Source of the DNA: Squalus acanthias
Taxonomy: Eukaryota
Direction: 5' to 3'
Assembly (NCBI GenBank): GCA_030390025.1
Contig: CM059433.1
Location: 32,304,001-32,368,000, forward strand
Length of the DNA: 64,000 nt
Part shown: piece after piece, positions 22,735-36,146 of the stretch
How positions within the stretch are numbered: the first letter of the stretch is position 1
Layout of the letters: each line of letters starts with the position of its first letter
Program-made: the position numbers and the translations under genes
Notes under the pieces: model-generated
Told to the model about the DNA's origin: nothing
The model's database searches: none
The model's input: only the letters and a program-made list of their open reading frames with translations

Positions 22735-24430
22735 CATGGGTCAAAAGACAAGGCTGAAGCGTTTGCAAACATCTTCAGCCAGAAGTGCCAACTGGATGCT
22801 CCATATCGGCCTACTCCTGAGGTCCCCTCAATCACAGAAGCCATTCTTCAGCCAATTCGATTCACTCCATGTGATATCAAGAAACGGCTCAGTGCACTTG
22901 ATACAGCAAAGGCCATGGGCCCCAACAACATCCCGGCTATCGTGCTGAAGACTTATGCTTCAGAACTAGCTGTGCCTCTAGCCAAGCTGTTCCAGTACAG
23001 CTACAACACTGGCATCTATCCAACAATGTGGAAAACTGCCCAGGTATGTCCTGTCCACAAAATGCAGGATAAATCCAACCCGGCCAATTACCGCCCCATC
23101 AGTCTACTCTCAATCATCAGCAAAGTGATGAAAGGTGTCATCGACAATGCTATCAAGCGTCACTTACTCACCAAAAACCTGCTCACCGATGCCCAGTTTG
23201 GGTTCCGCCAAGACCACTCGGCTCCCGTCCTCATTACAGCCTTGGTTCAAACATGGACAAAGGAGCTGAATTCCAGAGGTGAGGTGAGAGTGACTGCCCT
23301 TGACATCAAAGCAGCATTTGACCGAGTGTGGCATCAAGGGGCCCTAATAAAACTGAAGTCAATGGGAATCAGGGGGAAAACGCTCTACTGGCTGGAGTCA
23401 TACCTAGCACAAAGGAAGATGGTTGTGGTGGTTGAAGGTCAATCATCACAGCCCCAGGACATCGCTGCAGGAGTCCTCAGGGCAGTGTCCTAGGCCCAAG
23501 CATCTTCAGCTGCTTCATCAATTACCTTCCCTCCAACATAAGGTCAGAAATGGGGATGTTCGCTGATGACTGCACAGTATTCAGTGCCATTCACAACTCC
23601 TCAGATAATGAAGCAGTCCATGCCCGCATGCAACAAGACCTGGACGACGTTCACGCTTGGGCTGATAAGTGGCAGGTAACATTCGCGCCACACAAGTGCC
23701 AGGTAATGACTATCTCCAACAAGCAAGAGTCTAACCACCTCCCCTTGACATTCAACGGCATTACCATCGCCGAATCCCCCACCATCAATATCCTGGGGGT
23801 CACCATTGACCAGAAACTTAACTGGACCAGCCACATAAATACTGTGGCAACAAGAGCAGGTCAGAGGCTCGCTATTCTGCGGCGAGTGTCTCACCTCCTG
23901 ACTCCCCAAAGCATTTCCACCATCTACAAGGCACAAGTAAGGAGTGTGATGGAATACTCTCCACTTGCCTGGATGAGTGCAGCTCCAACAACACTCAAGA
24001 AGCTCAATACCATCCAGGACAAAGCAGCCCGCTTGATTGGCACCCCATCCACCAGCTTAAACATTCACTCCCTCCACCACCGGCGTACCGTGGCTGCAGT
24101 GTGTACCATCTACAACATGCACTGCAGCAACTCCAAAACCCGTGACCTTTCCACCTAGAAGGACAAGGACAGCAGGCGCATGAGAACACCACCACCTCCA
24201 AGTTCCCCTCCAAGTCACACACCATCCTGACTTAGAAGTATATCGCCGATCTTTCATCGTCGCTGGGTCAAAATCCTGGAACTCCCTACCTAACAGCACT
24301 GTGGGAGTACCTTCACCACACGGACTGCAGCGGTTCAAGAAGGCAGCTCACCACCACCTTCTCAAGGGCAAATAGGGACGGGCAATAAATGCTGGCCTTG
24401 TCAGCGACGCCCACATCCCATAAAAACGAA
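22735..24430 (+). mobile_element. CR1-group LINE of a distinct family, 5'-truncated RT region, frameshifted
   Basis: NYRPISLL, QFGFR, LDIKAAFDRVWH, FADD, YKAQVRSVMEYS; 3' end differs from the other CR1 copies. Confidence 0.85.
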
Positions 24431-25286
24431 TTTTAAAAAAATTAAAAAAATTCTGCGACTTTGCATTCCTGGGGGAGAACCTTGCCCACTGCGAACACAC
24501 ACAAGAAATTCAAATAGAATGATCGGAAAATGTTGCGCAGCGCACACCTGAATTGTGCTCCCGATGGGTGAGGCTCTGTGCTGAGAATGAAAATGAACCC
24601 TTTCACCCAGCAGTGAAACCAGCAGTGCTGAACGTTCGGCTTTTACGCTTCTTCCGATTCACAGAGCCCTTCCATTTAAAATGTGCTATCCACAAAGAGT
24701 ATAAAACAGTAAGAAAAAACACAAAATAATTAAACTGCAACCAATATTCGACATGTTTTACCAAATATTTAAATGCCAATGACAAAGCCTGTATTGTATG
24801 ACGTTAACATAAAATTACACCAGCATTTAGCCTGTTGTCATATTAAATATATATTACAGTATATGTTGTGACAGTATAAAATTAAAAAGAAAAAGTAATG
24901 ATCAAACAACATTACATGAAATTGTATTTTTTGGAGAGGGATGCTACTTGCACTCATTAAAGGAAGAGAAGTCCATGACCTACAACGTTATTTGAATCTA
25001 GTTCAGCATCCATATACAAATTAATACCTTGTCATCCAACAGGATAAAAACACTTGGGGGCTTTGTCCTTTTAGGAAGTTCATGCTGTGTGGGGACATGT
25101 TGGCCAAGTATTAAACTGACTGAACATGGATTTATTTTTTTCATTTACAAGGACACCCAATATCCTTAATAAACCAGAGACCTGCTTGTGCAGACATTAC
25201 CATTCGATGAGAACCATTGTGCTTATGACATTGTGGATAGGAAAAGACCGTGGGCAGATTTTTTACTCATAGTGCTTGGGCATAAC

Positions 25287-26257
25287 GAATGACCTAGATG
25301 AAGGGACTGAGTGTAATGTATCCAAGTTTGCTGATGATACCAAGCTAGGTGGGACAGTAAGGTGTGAGGAGAACAGAAAGAGTTTGCAAAGGGATATAGA
25401 TAGACTAAGTGAGTGGGCAGTAAGGTGGCAGATGGAGTATAATGTAGGGAAATGTGAGGTTAGTTACTCTGGTAGGAAGAATAGAAAAATAGAATATTTT
25501 TTAAATGGTGAGAAACTTTTAAATGTTGGTGTTCAGAGAGATTTGGGTGTCCTCGTGCAAGAAACACAGAAAGCTAGCATGCAGGTACAGCAAGCAATAA
25601 GAAAGGCAAATGGCATGTTGGCCTTTATTACAAGGGGGTTGGAGTATAAGGGTAAGTAAGTCTTGCTACAATTGTACAGGGCCTTGGTGAAATCTTACCC
25701 GGAGACTGTGCACAGTTTTGGTCTCCTTATCTAAGGAAGGATATACTTGCCTTGGAGGCGGTGCAACGAAGGTTCACTAGATTGATTCCTGGGATGAGAG
25801 GGCTGTCCTATGCTGAGAGATTGTGTAGAATAGGCCTATACTCTCTGGGGTTTAGAAGAATGAGAGGTGATCTCATTGAAATATACAAGATTCTGAAGGG
25901 GATTGACAGGGTAGATGCTGAGAGGTTGTTTCCCCTGGCTGGTGTGTCTAGAACTAGGGGGCATAGTCTCAGGATAAGGAGCAGGCCATTTAAGATTGAG
26001 ATGATGAGGACTTCCTTCACTCAGAAGGTTGTGAATCTTTAGAATTCTCTGCCCCAGAGGGCTGTGGATGCTGAGTCTTTGAGTATATTCAAGGCTGAGA
26101 TAGATAGATTTTTGGACTCTAGGGGAATCAAGGGATATGGGGATCGGGCGGGAAAGTGGAGTTGAGATGGATGATCAGCCATGATCTTACTGAATGGCAG
26201 AGCAGGCGCGAGGGGTCGTATGGCCTACTACTGCTCCTATTTTTTATGTTCTTATGA
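25287..26257 (+). mobile_element. CR1 3' fragment
   Basis: FADDTKL, WQMEYNVGKC, RRMRGDLIE; TTCTTATG tail. Confidence 0.88.
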
Positions 26258-26479
26258 ATGGGGATCTCTTTCTTTCATTGTTTGGGCTGGCCAACGTGAT
26301 CCCAGGGGTGCTTGTGATCCGCCTGTGCCCCTGGGATACGTGGGCCTCTGCGCAGGCCTGTGCATAGAGGCCCAGGAGCGCAACTGTCGAAACCTCCGGG
26401 ACCATCAGGTAAATAAGTAGATTTTTTGCTGGTCGGAAGCATCTGCCCGCAGGAAGCCTCCGACTGCAAATTTTGGACC
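26258..26479 (-). mobile_element. Harbinger-type MITE end (related to 63662-64000) inserted in L2
   Basis: On the minus strand begins GGTCCAAAATTTGCAGTCGGAGGCTTCC, similar to GGTCCAGAAATTCCGTTCGCAGGCTTCC at 63662; shared cgcag(a/g)g(g)cccacgtatcccag block. Confidence 0.7.
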
Positions 26480-26735
26480 AAAGGCTTCGGTCTTTCCAAT
26501 ATTTAACTGGAGAAAATTTCTGCTCATCCAGAACTGGATGTCGGACATGCAGTCTGACAATTTAGAGACCGTGGCGGAGTCGAGAGAAGTGGTGGTGAGG
26601 TAGAGCTGCGTGTCGTCAGCGTACATGTGGAAACTGACGCTGTGTTTTCGGATGATGTCACCATGGGGCAGCATGTAGATGAAAAATAGGAGGGAGCCAA
26701 GGATAGATCCTTGGGGGACACCAGAGGTAACAATG
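26480..26735 (-). mobile_element. L2 LINE RT fragment
   Basis: [30 protein letters not shown]. Confidence 0.85.
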
Positions 26736-26759
26736 ATGAGAGCGTTTCGGTAATGTGGC

Positions 26760-28629
26760 AACAACAACAACAACTTGTATTTATATAGCGCCTTTAACGT
26801 AGTAAAACATCCCAAGGCACTGCACAGGAGTATTTTAAGACAAAAAGTTTCACACCGAGCCACATAAGGATAAATTAGGTCAGGTGACCAAAAGCTTGGT
26901 CCAAGAGGTAGGTTTTAAGGAGCGTCTTAAAGGAGGAAAGAGAGGTAGCGAGGCGGAGAGGTTTAGGCAGGGAATTCCAGAGCTTAGGGCCTACGCAAAA
27001 GAAGGCACGGCCACCAAAGGTTGAACGATTATAATCAGGGATGCTCAAGACGGCAAAATAAGAGGAGCGCAGATATCTCGGGCGGTTGTTGGGCTGTAAG
27101 AAATTACAGAGATGGGAAGGGGCGAGGCCATGGAGAGATTTGGAAACAAGGATGGGAATTTTGAAATCGAGGCGCTGCTTAACCGGGAGCCAATGTAGAT
27201 CAGCGAGCACAGGGGAGATGGGCGAACGGGATTTGGTACGAGTTAGGACATGGGCAGCTGAGTTTTGGATGACCTCCAGTTTACATAGGGTAGAATGTGG
27301 GAGGCCAGCCAGGAGTGCATTGCAATAGTCAAGTCTAGAGGTAACAAAGGCATGGATGAGGGTTTCAGCAGCGGATGAGCTGAGGCAAGGACGGAGACGG
27401 GCAATGTTACGGAGGTGGAAATAGGCGGTCTTTGTTATGCTGCGGATATGTGGTCGGAAGCTCATTTCAGGGTCAAATATGACACCAAGGTTGTGAACAG
27501 TGTGGTTCAGCCTCAAACAGATGTTAAGGAGAGGGATGGAGTCAGTGGGGAGGGAATGGAGTTTGTGGCGGGGACCGAAAACAATGGCTTCGATCTTCCC
27601 AATATTTAATTGGAGAAAATTTTTGCTCATCTAGAACTGTATGTCGGACAAGCAGTCTGACAATTTAGAGACCGCAGAGGGGTTGAAAGAAAAGGTAGTG
27701 AGGTAGAGCTGGGTGTCGTCAGCGTACATGTGGAAACTGACGCTGTGTTTTCGGATGATGTCGCCAAGTGCAACATGTAGATGAGAAATAGGAGGGGGCC
27801 AAGGATAGATCCTTGGGGACACCAGAGGTAACGTTGCGGGAGCGGGAAGAGAAGCCGTTGCAGGTGATTCTCTGGCTACGATTAGATAGATAAGAATGGA
27901 ACCAGGCGCGTGCAGTCCCATCCAGCTGTACGACAGTGGAGAGGTGTTGGAGGAGGATGGAGTGGTCAACCGTGTCAAAGGCTGCAGACAGGTTGAGAAG
28001 GATGAGGAGGGATAGTTTATCTTTGTCACAGTCACAAAGGATGTCATTTGTGGGGTGCGGAAACCTGATTGGAGGGATTCAAACATGGAGTTGCGGGAAA
28101 GATGGGCATGAGTTTGCAAGGATGGAGGGGTCTAGGGTTTTTTTTTGAGAGGGGTGATGACGGCAGAATTGAGGGAGAGGGGGACAGTATCTGAGGAGAG
28201 AGAACCGTTAACAATGTCAGCTAACATGGGAGCCAGAAAAGTAAGTTGCGTGGGCAGCAGTTTGGTGGGAATAGGGTCAAGGGATCAGTAAGTGAGTCTC
28301 ATGGACAAGATGAGTGCGGAAAGGTCATGAAGGGAGATCGGAGAGAAACTAGAGAAAGATGTGGGTTCAGGGCTAGGGCAGGGGGAACCTTAGTGGAAGT
28401 TTGACCCGGTGGGCTAGGGGAAGGAAGGGAAGTGGCAGAGGCAGTTGAACAGATGGTCTTAATCTTAGAAACAAAGAAGTCCATGAGCTCCTCACAATTG
28501 TTGTCGGAGGTGAGGGTGGAGGAGACAGGGGAGAGGGGTTTAAGAAGACGGTTAGCAGTGGAGAATAGAAGCCGGGGTTTATCTTTGCATTCCAGAATGA
28601 TCCTGGAATAGTGAGCAATTTTGGCAGAC
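26760..28629 (-). mobile_element. L2 LINE, 5'-truncated
   Basis: YADDTQLY, HAFVTSRLDYCN, LHWLPVKQR, KTYLLDQAF; (GTT)n tail. A separate L2 tail in opposite orientation follows at 28630-28736. Confidence 0.9.
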
Positions 28630-28759
28630 TCCTTATGTGGCTCAGTGTCAAATTTTTATTGATAACGCTCCTGTGAAGCGCCCTCGGACATTTTACTACG
28701 TTAAAGGCGCTATTAAATACAAGTTGTTGTTGTTGCTCAGCATCCTACCCATTAATTTG

Positions 28760-29162
28760 AGTCAGCCATAGCTCAGTTGGTAGCACTCTCACCTCATAGT
28801 CAGAAGGTCATGGGTTCAAGTCCCACTCCCGAGACTTGAGCACAAACTCTAGCCCGACATTCCAGTGCAGTACTGAAGGAATGCCCTCTCAGGTGGATGT
28901 GAAAGATCCCATGCCACTATTTAGAAGAGAAGGGGCGAACTCCCAATGTCCTGGCCAATCTCTCAACCAACATCACAAACAGGTTATCTGGTCGTTATCT
29001 CATTGCTATTAGTGAGACCTTGTTATACAGTACACAAATTGGCTGCTGCGTTTCATTACATTACAACAGTGACTACACCTCAAAAGTACTTAATTGGCTG
29101 TAAAACATTTTGGGACGTGCCAAAGTTATAAAAGGCGCTATATAAATGCAAGTTCTTTCTTT
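28760..29162 (+). mobile_element. Deu-domain SINE, near full length
   Basis: tagctcagttggtag A box, gggttcaagtccc B box, Deu core, tail aaggcgctatataaatgcaag. Confidence 0.88.
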
Positions 29163-29272
29163 AAATAGAAAATCTGAACGTCAGTCAATCTAAAGGGCCA
29201 TTAAATCATTCCCACTCTTCCCTGTATCTTCATTTATAAAATCTAATAACCTTAAATTACATCTAAGATCAA

Positions 29273-32028
29273 GGGTTGGATTTTGCCATTGGTGGCGGGT
29301 TGGGGGCGGATCAGGTGGTCGGCGGGTCCCGCTCCCGTCTCCGATGTCAGGTGGGATAATTTAGCTATTTTCCCCAAATTGGGCAATTGATTCCCAGCGT
29401 GTGCGCACCCCTGGCCCAATGAGTCTTTGGACCTGAAACTCGCCTCTGATGATGTCATTTATGCAGCTGCATTTAAGGGCTCCAAGCAGCCTTGGTTCAT
29501 TTTCTGCCTCAAAATTTTTATTTGCTAATCTTCTAGCAGTTTGGTCCTCTTGAAATGTCTAGTTCAAGGGCCAAGGCCTCACCCCGGTTTGATGACAACT
29601 CCCTCCATGCTCTGGTGGAGGGAGCCAGAGCTTAGAAGAAGGTGTTGTTTCCTTCCTCTGGGAGGAAAAAACCTCCCCAGCAGACGAAAACTGTGTGGCT
29701 GCAACTGGCACAGGAGGTCAGTTTGAGGTGAATTTGCAGCAGAACCTGGCTGCAATGCCGAAAGAGGTTTAATGACCTTGTCTGCACAGGAAAAGTGAGT
29801 ATAACATCACCATTACCCTCAATATGCTCCACATCGCCACTCATCGCCAGCACTCTGCATTGTCAACCTACTCCTCCACATCCCATTTTACCCTTACATC
29901 CCTTGCACCCTTAACCATTCCCTCTCTCTCTATGTACACAATCACTTAACTATTCGACTATGCTGGCCTCGCACTCCCTATCACTGTTATGCTATGACAA
30001 CAACTAACAACACACAGGGAGGGCCCTTGGTCTTGGGACCTCACTCCATCTTTGTGTCCTTCTAAGCATCTATGCTATGGATTCCCTACACTCATCATTC
30101 TCACTCAAACTCCACTTGTGTCCCTCATTGCAGGAAAAGAGAGCCCACAATAAGAGGGAAAGGGCGTAGACAGGAGGAGGGCCACCCTCAATAGCCCAGC
30201 TCACCAGCGCTGAGGGGGGGGCAATGAGGACCTGTTTCTGCACTGGAAATCCTACTCCAGAGGACTTCCATGAAGGTCTGGTTTCTATGCTCAGTAGCTG
30301 ACCATCGCTCCTCAAGAGATGCCAGTCTGTTCTGAACAATGACCATGTTTTCCACACTCTGGCGACTTAGCTCCTCCATGGCCATAGCCATCCTTTCCTC
30401 TACTGTAGCCATCCTTTCCACGGAGGTTGCCATCCTTTCTGTGGTGATGCGTTCATGCGCCAATGACTCCACAAAGGCTCTGCTCCTGTTCGCAATGGAC
30501 TCCTCCATTCGCTCGACACTCGCAGCGACCCTGGAGACAAAACCTGCCAGAGACTCCTGCACCTGTTCCTGGAGTTCCAGCACTGCTCTCGTTCTGGATG
30601 GACCCGGAGGCACAGGGTCGACATGCAGCTGAGCCGAGCTGGCAGAGTCCTGCGCCCTCCGACGAGGATTCTCCACTGCTGTCCCTGTCTCCACCATCTG
30701 CTGATGCTCACTTGTGAGCTGTGATACACCAGGTGCCAACACAACTCTATCTCGCGAAGGTCCCACCGAGGTGTGAGTGTCTGCGCTGGTGCTGGGTGTT
30801 GGGTGCGCTGAATTCTGCTGAGGCTGCGCCCTCAGAGGTTGCAGCTTCCTCTGAGGAGTCTTCTGGCTCAGGCTCTTTCTCCTGGACAGTGGGGGCGGAG
30901 GCTTTCGATGGTCCTGTGGGGGAGTAAAGGAAAGAGTTAGAGATGTGAGGTCAAGGTTACATGCACATTGAATAGTGCAGATGATCATAAGTCAATCTGT
31001 TAGAGCATCAGAATCTTTATCAGTGACTCATGCAATGTCAATGAGAGAGATGCCAAACTATTCTGTCACCAGCTTGCTGTGATGCGCCTGTCTGTCCGTC
31101 CCCCACTTGGGAATCGTCCTCGATCCCGGCGATTTCCAGGGCCACCTCCTCCCAGGCGGTGAGCTGGCCTACTGATGGTGACCCTCCTCCTGTCATGGCT
31201 CTTTCCCTCTTATTGTGGGCTCTCTTTTCCTGCAATGAGTCACGCAAGTGGAGTTTGAGTTAGAATGAAGGAGTGAGTGTAGAGAATGCATAGCATAGAT
31301 GCTTAGAAGGAGACAAAGGGCCCTCCCTGTGTGTTGTAAGTTGTTGTTGTTGCATCACAGTGATAGGGAGTGTGAGGGTTACATGGTCGAATAGTTAAGT
31401 GAATGTGACTATAGAGAGATGCAATGGGTAAGGGTGCAGGGATGTAAGTGTCAAGTGGGATGTGGAGGAAGAGGTTAGCAAAGCAGAGTGCTGGTGAGGA
31501 GAGGCGATGGGGATCAGATTGAGGAGATGGGAAAGTCATACTCACTTTTCCTGTGCGGAGAAGGTCATGAAACCTCTTCCTGCACTACAGCCAGGTTCTG
31601 CGGCTCAGCGAAATGGAGTTGACCTCCTGGCCACTTGCAGCCACACAGCTTTAGAACAGCACCTCCTTATTACATCTGGCTCTGTGCACCAGAGCTTGGA
31701 GGAGGGCTCATCAAACCGAGGTGCACACTTTTGCTTGATCGTGGACATTGTCAGGAAATCAACACGTTCATACAATTTGCAGAGCCTTTGCAGTCTCCAG
31801 AGGAAGCAAGGCTGCTTGCAGGTCTTAAATCCAGCAGCATTGATGACGTCATCGGAGGCGACTTTCTGTATGAAAAGACTCATTGGGCCAGGTGTTCCCA
31901 CACGCAGCAAATCAATTGCCCAATTAGGGGAAAATCCCAATTTTTCAGCACTTCACTTAGGAGTCGGGGTCCTGACACGATTTCCACCTGACAAGCCCCA
32001 GCCCGCCCACACTGACAAAATCTAGCCC
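29273..32028. mobile_element. Composite of two Harbinger Myb-side halves in opposite orientation (junction about 30213)
   Basis: Both ends are the Myb-proximal terminus of the 7679 family (GGGTTGGATTTTG; AAAATCTAGCCC). Myb exons 1-2 on + and exons 1-3 on -. Confidence 0.85.
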
Positions 32029-32089
32029 ATCGAGTCTACGGGCTCGATTTTGCCAGGCATGTGGAGCCGGTTTGGAGGTGTGTGGTAAG

Positions 32090-32666
32090 CCACGGTGACC
32101 GGATCTCCGGCGCTGGGTCCGTCCCTGTGGCTCAGAAGGGAAGGGGGGAGAGCAGGAGAGCAATAGTTATTGGGGACTCAATAGTCAGAGGGACAGATAG
32201 GAGGTTCTGTGGCAGCAAAAGAGACTCACGGATGGTATGTTGCCTCCCGGGTGCCAGGGTCCGTGACGTCTCGGACCATGTTTTCAGAATCCTCAAGGGG
32301 GAGGGGGAACAATCACAAGTCGTGGTACACATCGGTACCAACGACATAGGTAGGAGAAGGGACGGGGATTTAAAACAGGAATTTAGGGAGCTAGGTTGGA
32401 AGCTGAGAGCCAGTACAAACCATGTTGTAATTTCTGGTTTGTTGCCGGTGCCACGTGCTAGCGAGTTGAGGAACAGGGAGAGAGTGCAGATAAACACGTG
32501 GCTGCAGGGATGGTGTAGTGGGGAGGGTTTCAGTTATGTGGATAATTGGAGCACATTCTGGGGAAGGTGGGACCTGTACAAACAGGACGGTTTGCACCTG
32601 AACCAGAGGGGCACCAATATCCTGGGAGGGAAATTTGCTACGGCTCTTCGGGGGGGTTTAAACTAA
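32090..32666 (+). CDS. CR1 ORF1 C-terminal SGNH/GDSL esterase domain (5'-truncated)
   Basis: IVIGDSIVRG, LPGAR, VHIGTND, DGLHLN. Confidence 0.85.
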
Positions 32667-34577
32667 TTTGTCAGGGGGATGGGAAAAAGGGCTGTAGTCC
32701 AGGAGCCAGTGGTGAGTGTAGGGAGGTACTGAGGAGGGTATCAAGGTCGCAGGAATGTACCGGCAGACAGGAAGGTGGCTTGAAGTGTGTCTACTTCAAT
32801 GCAAGGAGCATCCGGAATAAGGTAGGAGAACTTGGAGCGTGGATTGGTACTTGGGACTACGATGTGGTGGCCATTACGGAGACATGGTTAGAACAGGGAC
32901 AGGAATGGTTGTTGGAAGTTCCGGGGTATAGATGTTTCAGTAAGAGTAGGGAAGGTGGTAAGAAAGGTGGAGGAGTAGCATTGTTAATCAAGGATAGTTT
33001 AACAGCGGCAGAAAGGCAGTTCGAGGGGGATCTGCCGTCTGAGGTAATATGGGCTGAAGTTAGAAATAGGAAAGGAGCGGTCACGTTGTTAGGAGTTTTC
33101 TACAGGCCCCCAAATAGTAATAGAGATGTGGAGGAAGAAATTGCAAAGCAGATTATGAATAGGTGTGGAGGTCACAGAGTAGTTGTCATGGGTGACTTCA
33201 ACTTTCCAAATATTGATTGGAACCTTTATAGGTCAAACAGTTCGGATGGGATAGTTTTTGCACAGTGTGTGCAGGAGGGTTTCCTGACACAATATGTGGA
33301 TAGGCCGAAAGAGGTGGGGCCACATTGGATTTGGTACTGGGTAATTAACCGGGCCAAGTGTTTGATTTGTATGTGGGAGAGCACTTTTGAGATAGCGACC
33401 ACAATTGCAATGGAGAGGGATAGGGCCATACGGCAGGGCAGGGTTTATAATTGGGGGAGGGGTAATTATGATGCGATTAGGCAAGAATTAGGGAGCATAA
33501 GATGGGAACAGAAACTATCAGGGAAAGGCACAAACGAAAAGTGGAGCTTTTTCATGGAGCAATTACTGCGTATCCTTGATAGGTATGTCCCTGTCAGGCA
33601 GGGAGGAAATGGCCGAGTGAGAGAACCATGGTTCACAAAAGAGGTTGAATGTCTAGTCAAGAGGAAAAAGGAAGCGTATGTAAGGATGAGAAAACAAGGT
33701 TCAGTTGGGTCGATTGAGGGGTACAAGGTAGCAAGGAATGAACTAAAAAAAGAGCTTAGGAGAGCTAGGAGGGGGCATGAGGAGTCCTTGGCGGGTCGGA
33801 TCAAGAAAAACCCCAAGGCTTTTTACTCTTATGTGAGAAATAAAAGAATGACCAGGGTGAGGGTAGGGCCGGTCAAGGACAGTAGTGGGAACTTGTGCAT
33901 GGAGTCAGAAGAGATAGGAGAGGTGATGAATGAATACTTTTCGTCAGTGTTCACCGAGGAGAGGGGCCATGTTTTTGAGGATGAGAGTGTGATAAAGGTG
34001 GATAGGCTGGAGGAGGTAGATGTTCTGAGGGAAGATGTTTTAGCAATTTTGAAGAACCTGAGGGTCGATAAGTCCCCTGGGCCAGATGGGATATATCCTA
34101 GGATTCTTTGGGAGGCAAGGGAGGAGATTGCAGAGCCTTTGGCTTTGATCTTTTGGTCCTCACTGTCCACGGGGATGGTGCCAGAGGACTGGAGAGTGGC
34201 GAATGTTGTTCCTCTCTTCAAGAAAGGAAATAGGAATGACCCTGGTAATTATAGGCCGGTTAGTCTTACTTCGGTGGTTGGTAAGATAATGGAAAAGGTC
34301 CTGAGGGATAGGATTTATGACCATTTGGAAAGAGGCAACTTAATCAGGGATAGTCAACACGGATTCGTGAAGGGTAAGTCTTGCCTAACAAATTTGATTG
34401 ATTTCTTTGAGGACGTAACTAAGTGTGTAGATGAAGGTAGAGCAGTTGATGTCGTATACATGGATTTTAGTAAGGCGTTTGATAAGGTTCCCCATGGTCG
34501 GCTCATGAAGAAAGTAAGGAGTTGTGGGATAGAGGGAAATTTGGCCGATTAGATAAGTAACTGGCTATCTCATAGAA

Positions 34578-34793
34578 AAAATTGAGAGGTCGCACAACAC
34601 CAGGTTATAGTCCAACAGTTTTATTTGAAATCACAAGCTTTCGGAGCTATCGATTGCCCCTTCCTCAGGTGAAGAGGGGCAATCGATAGCTCCGAAAGCT
34701 TGTGATTTCAAATAAAACTGTTGGACTATAACCTGGTGTTGTGCGACCTCTCAATTTTGTCCACCCCAGTCCAACACCGGCATCTCCGCATCA
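34578..34793 (+). mobile_element. Palindromic PLE mini-element (hammerhead core intact only in the inverted arm)
   Basis: Inverted arms centred near 34670; tail ...CCGCATCA; TSD TATCTCATAGAA at 34566-34577 and 34794-34805. Confidence 0.92.
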
Positions 34794-36146
34794 TATCTCA
34801 TAGAAGGCAGAGGGTGGTGGTGGATGGAAAATTTTCAGACTGGAGACCAGTTACCAGCGGTGTGCCACAGGGGTCGGTGCTGGGTCCTCTGCTGTTTGTG
34901 ATTTTTATCAATGACTTGGAGGAGGGGACTGAAGGGTGGATCAGTAAATTTGCTGATGACACCAAGATTGGTGGAGTAGTGGATGAGGTGGAGGGCTGTT
35001 GTAAGCTGCAAAGAGACATTGATAGGATGCAGAGCTGGGCCGAAAAATGGCAGATGGAATTTAACCCTGATAAGTGCGAGGTGATTCATTTTGGTAGGGC
35101 AAATTTGAATAAGGATTACAGGGTCAACGGCAGGGTTCTGAGGAACGTGGAGGAACAGAGGGATCTGGGGGTTCATATCCACAGATCTCTGAAGGTTGCC
35201 ACTCAAGTGGATAGAGCAGTAAAGAAGGCCTATAGTGTGTTAGCGTTTATTAACAAGGGGTTTGAGTTTAAGAACCGTGAGGTTATGCTACAACTGTACA
35301 GGACCTTGGTGAGACCACATTTGGAATATTGTGTGCAGTTCTGGTCACCTCACTATAGGAAGGACGTGGAAGCATTGGAAAGAGTGCAAAGGAGATTTAC
35401 CAGGATGCTGCCTGGTTTGGGGGGGAGGTCTTATGAGGAAAGATTGAGGGAGTTAGGGCTTTTCTCTTTAGAGCGGAGGAGGATGAGAGGCGACTTAATA
35501 GAGGTTTATAAGATGATGAGGGGGATAGATAGAGTGGATGTTCAGAGACTATTTCCTCGGGTAGAGGTAGCTGTTACAAGGGGGCATAACTATAAGGTGC
35601 ATGGGGGGAGATATAGAAGGGATGTCCGAGGTAGATTCTTTACTCAGAGAGTGGTTGGGGTGTGGAATGGACTGCCTGCTGTGATAGTGGAGTCGGACAC
35701 TTTAGGAACTTTCAAGCGGTTATTGGATAAGCACATGGAGCACACCAGAGTGATAGGGAGTGTGATAGCTTGATCTTGGTTTCGAACAATGCTCGGCACA
35801 ACATCGAGGGCCGAAGGGCCTGTACTGTGCTGTACTGTTCTATGTTCTATGTGTGAGGTGGTAAAATCGCAAAAAAAGGCGGACAAGCACGATCCCGCCT
35901 CCATCACGCCTCCGAGCAATTTTCCCAGAATCGGGGTTTCAGACCCCGTTTCCATTCCGCCTCCAAGAGGCGGGATAGGCCCTTAAGGCCCTTAACCACC
36001 ACTTAATTGCCTCTATAATCCAATTTTGAGAGGCCTTTCTGATTTTTAGACATTTCCCCCATCCTACACGCCTCCTCTGGAACACGGCAGGTAATCCTGG
36101 CGGCCTCATATTGGATTGCTTACTAACAGCTGCAGCTCCACCATTA

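Larger units (their letters stand above)
32090..35850 (+). mobile_element. CR1 LINE with ORF1 esterase part and near-complete ORF2, interrupted by a PLE mini-element
   Basis: ORF1 SGNH motifs; ORF2 endonuclease and RT motifs; (TTCTATG)n tail. Confidence 0.93.

Noticed and set aside
26760..28736. L2 with inverted tails at both ends as a TIR element
   Set aside because: The two tails are clearly diverged and there is no TSD; better explained as a separate short L2 tail insertion.
28765..28835. tRNA-like sequences (also about 16890-16960, 16975-17015, 54800-54860)
   Set aside because: SINE heads with A/B boxes; no complete cloverleaf, and followed by Deu or V domains.
32546..35773. 668-aa and 350-aa ORFs as intact genes
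   Set aside because: One CR1 ORF2 with an internal frameshifted patch, a stop at 34552 and a PLE insertion.
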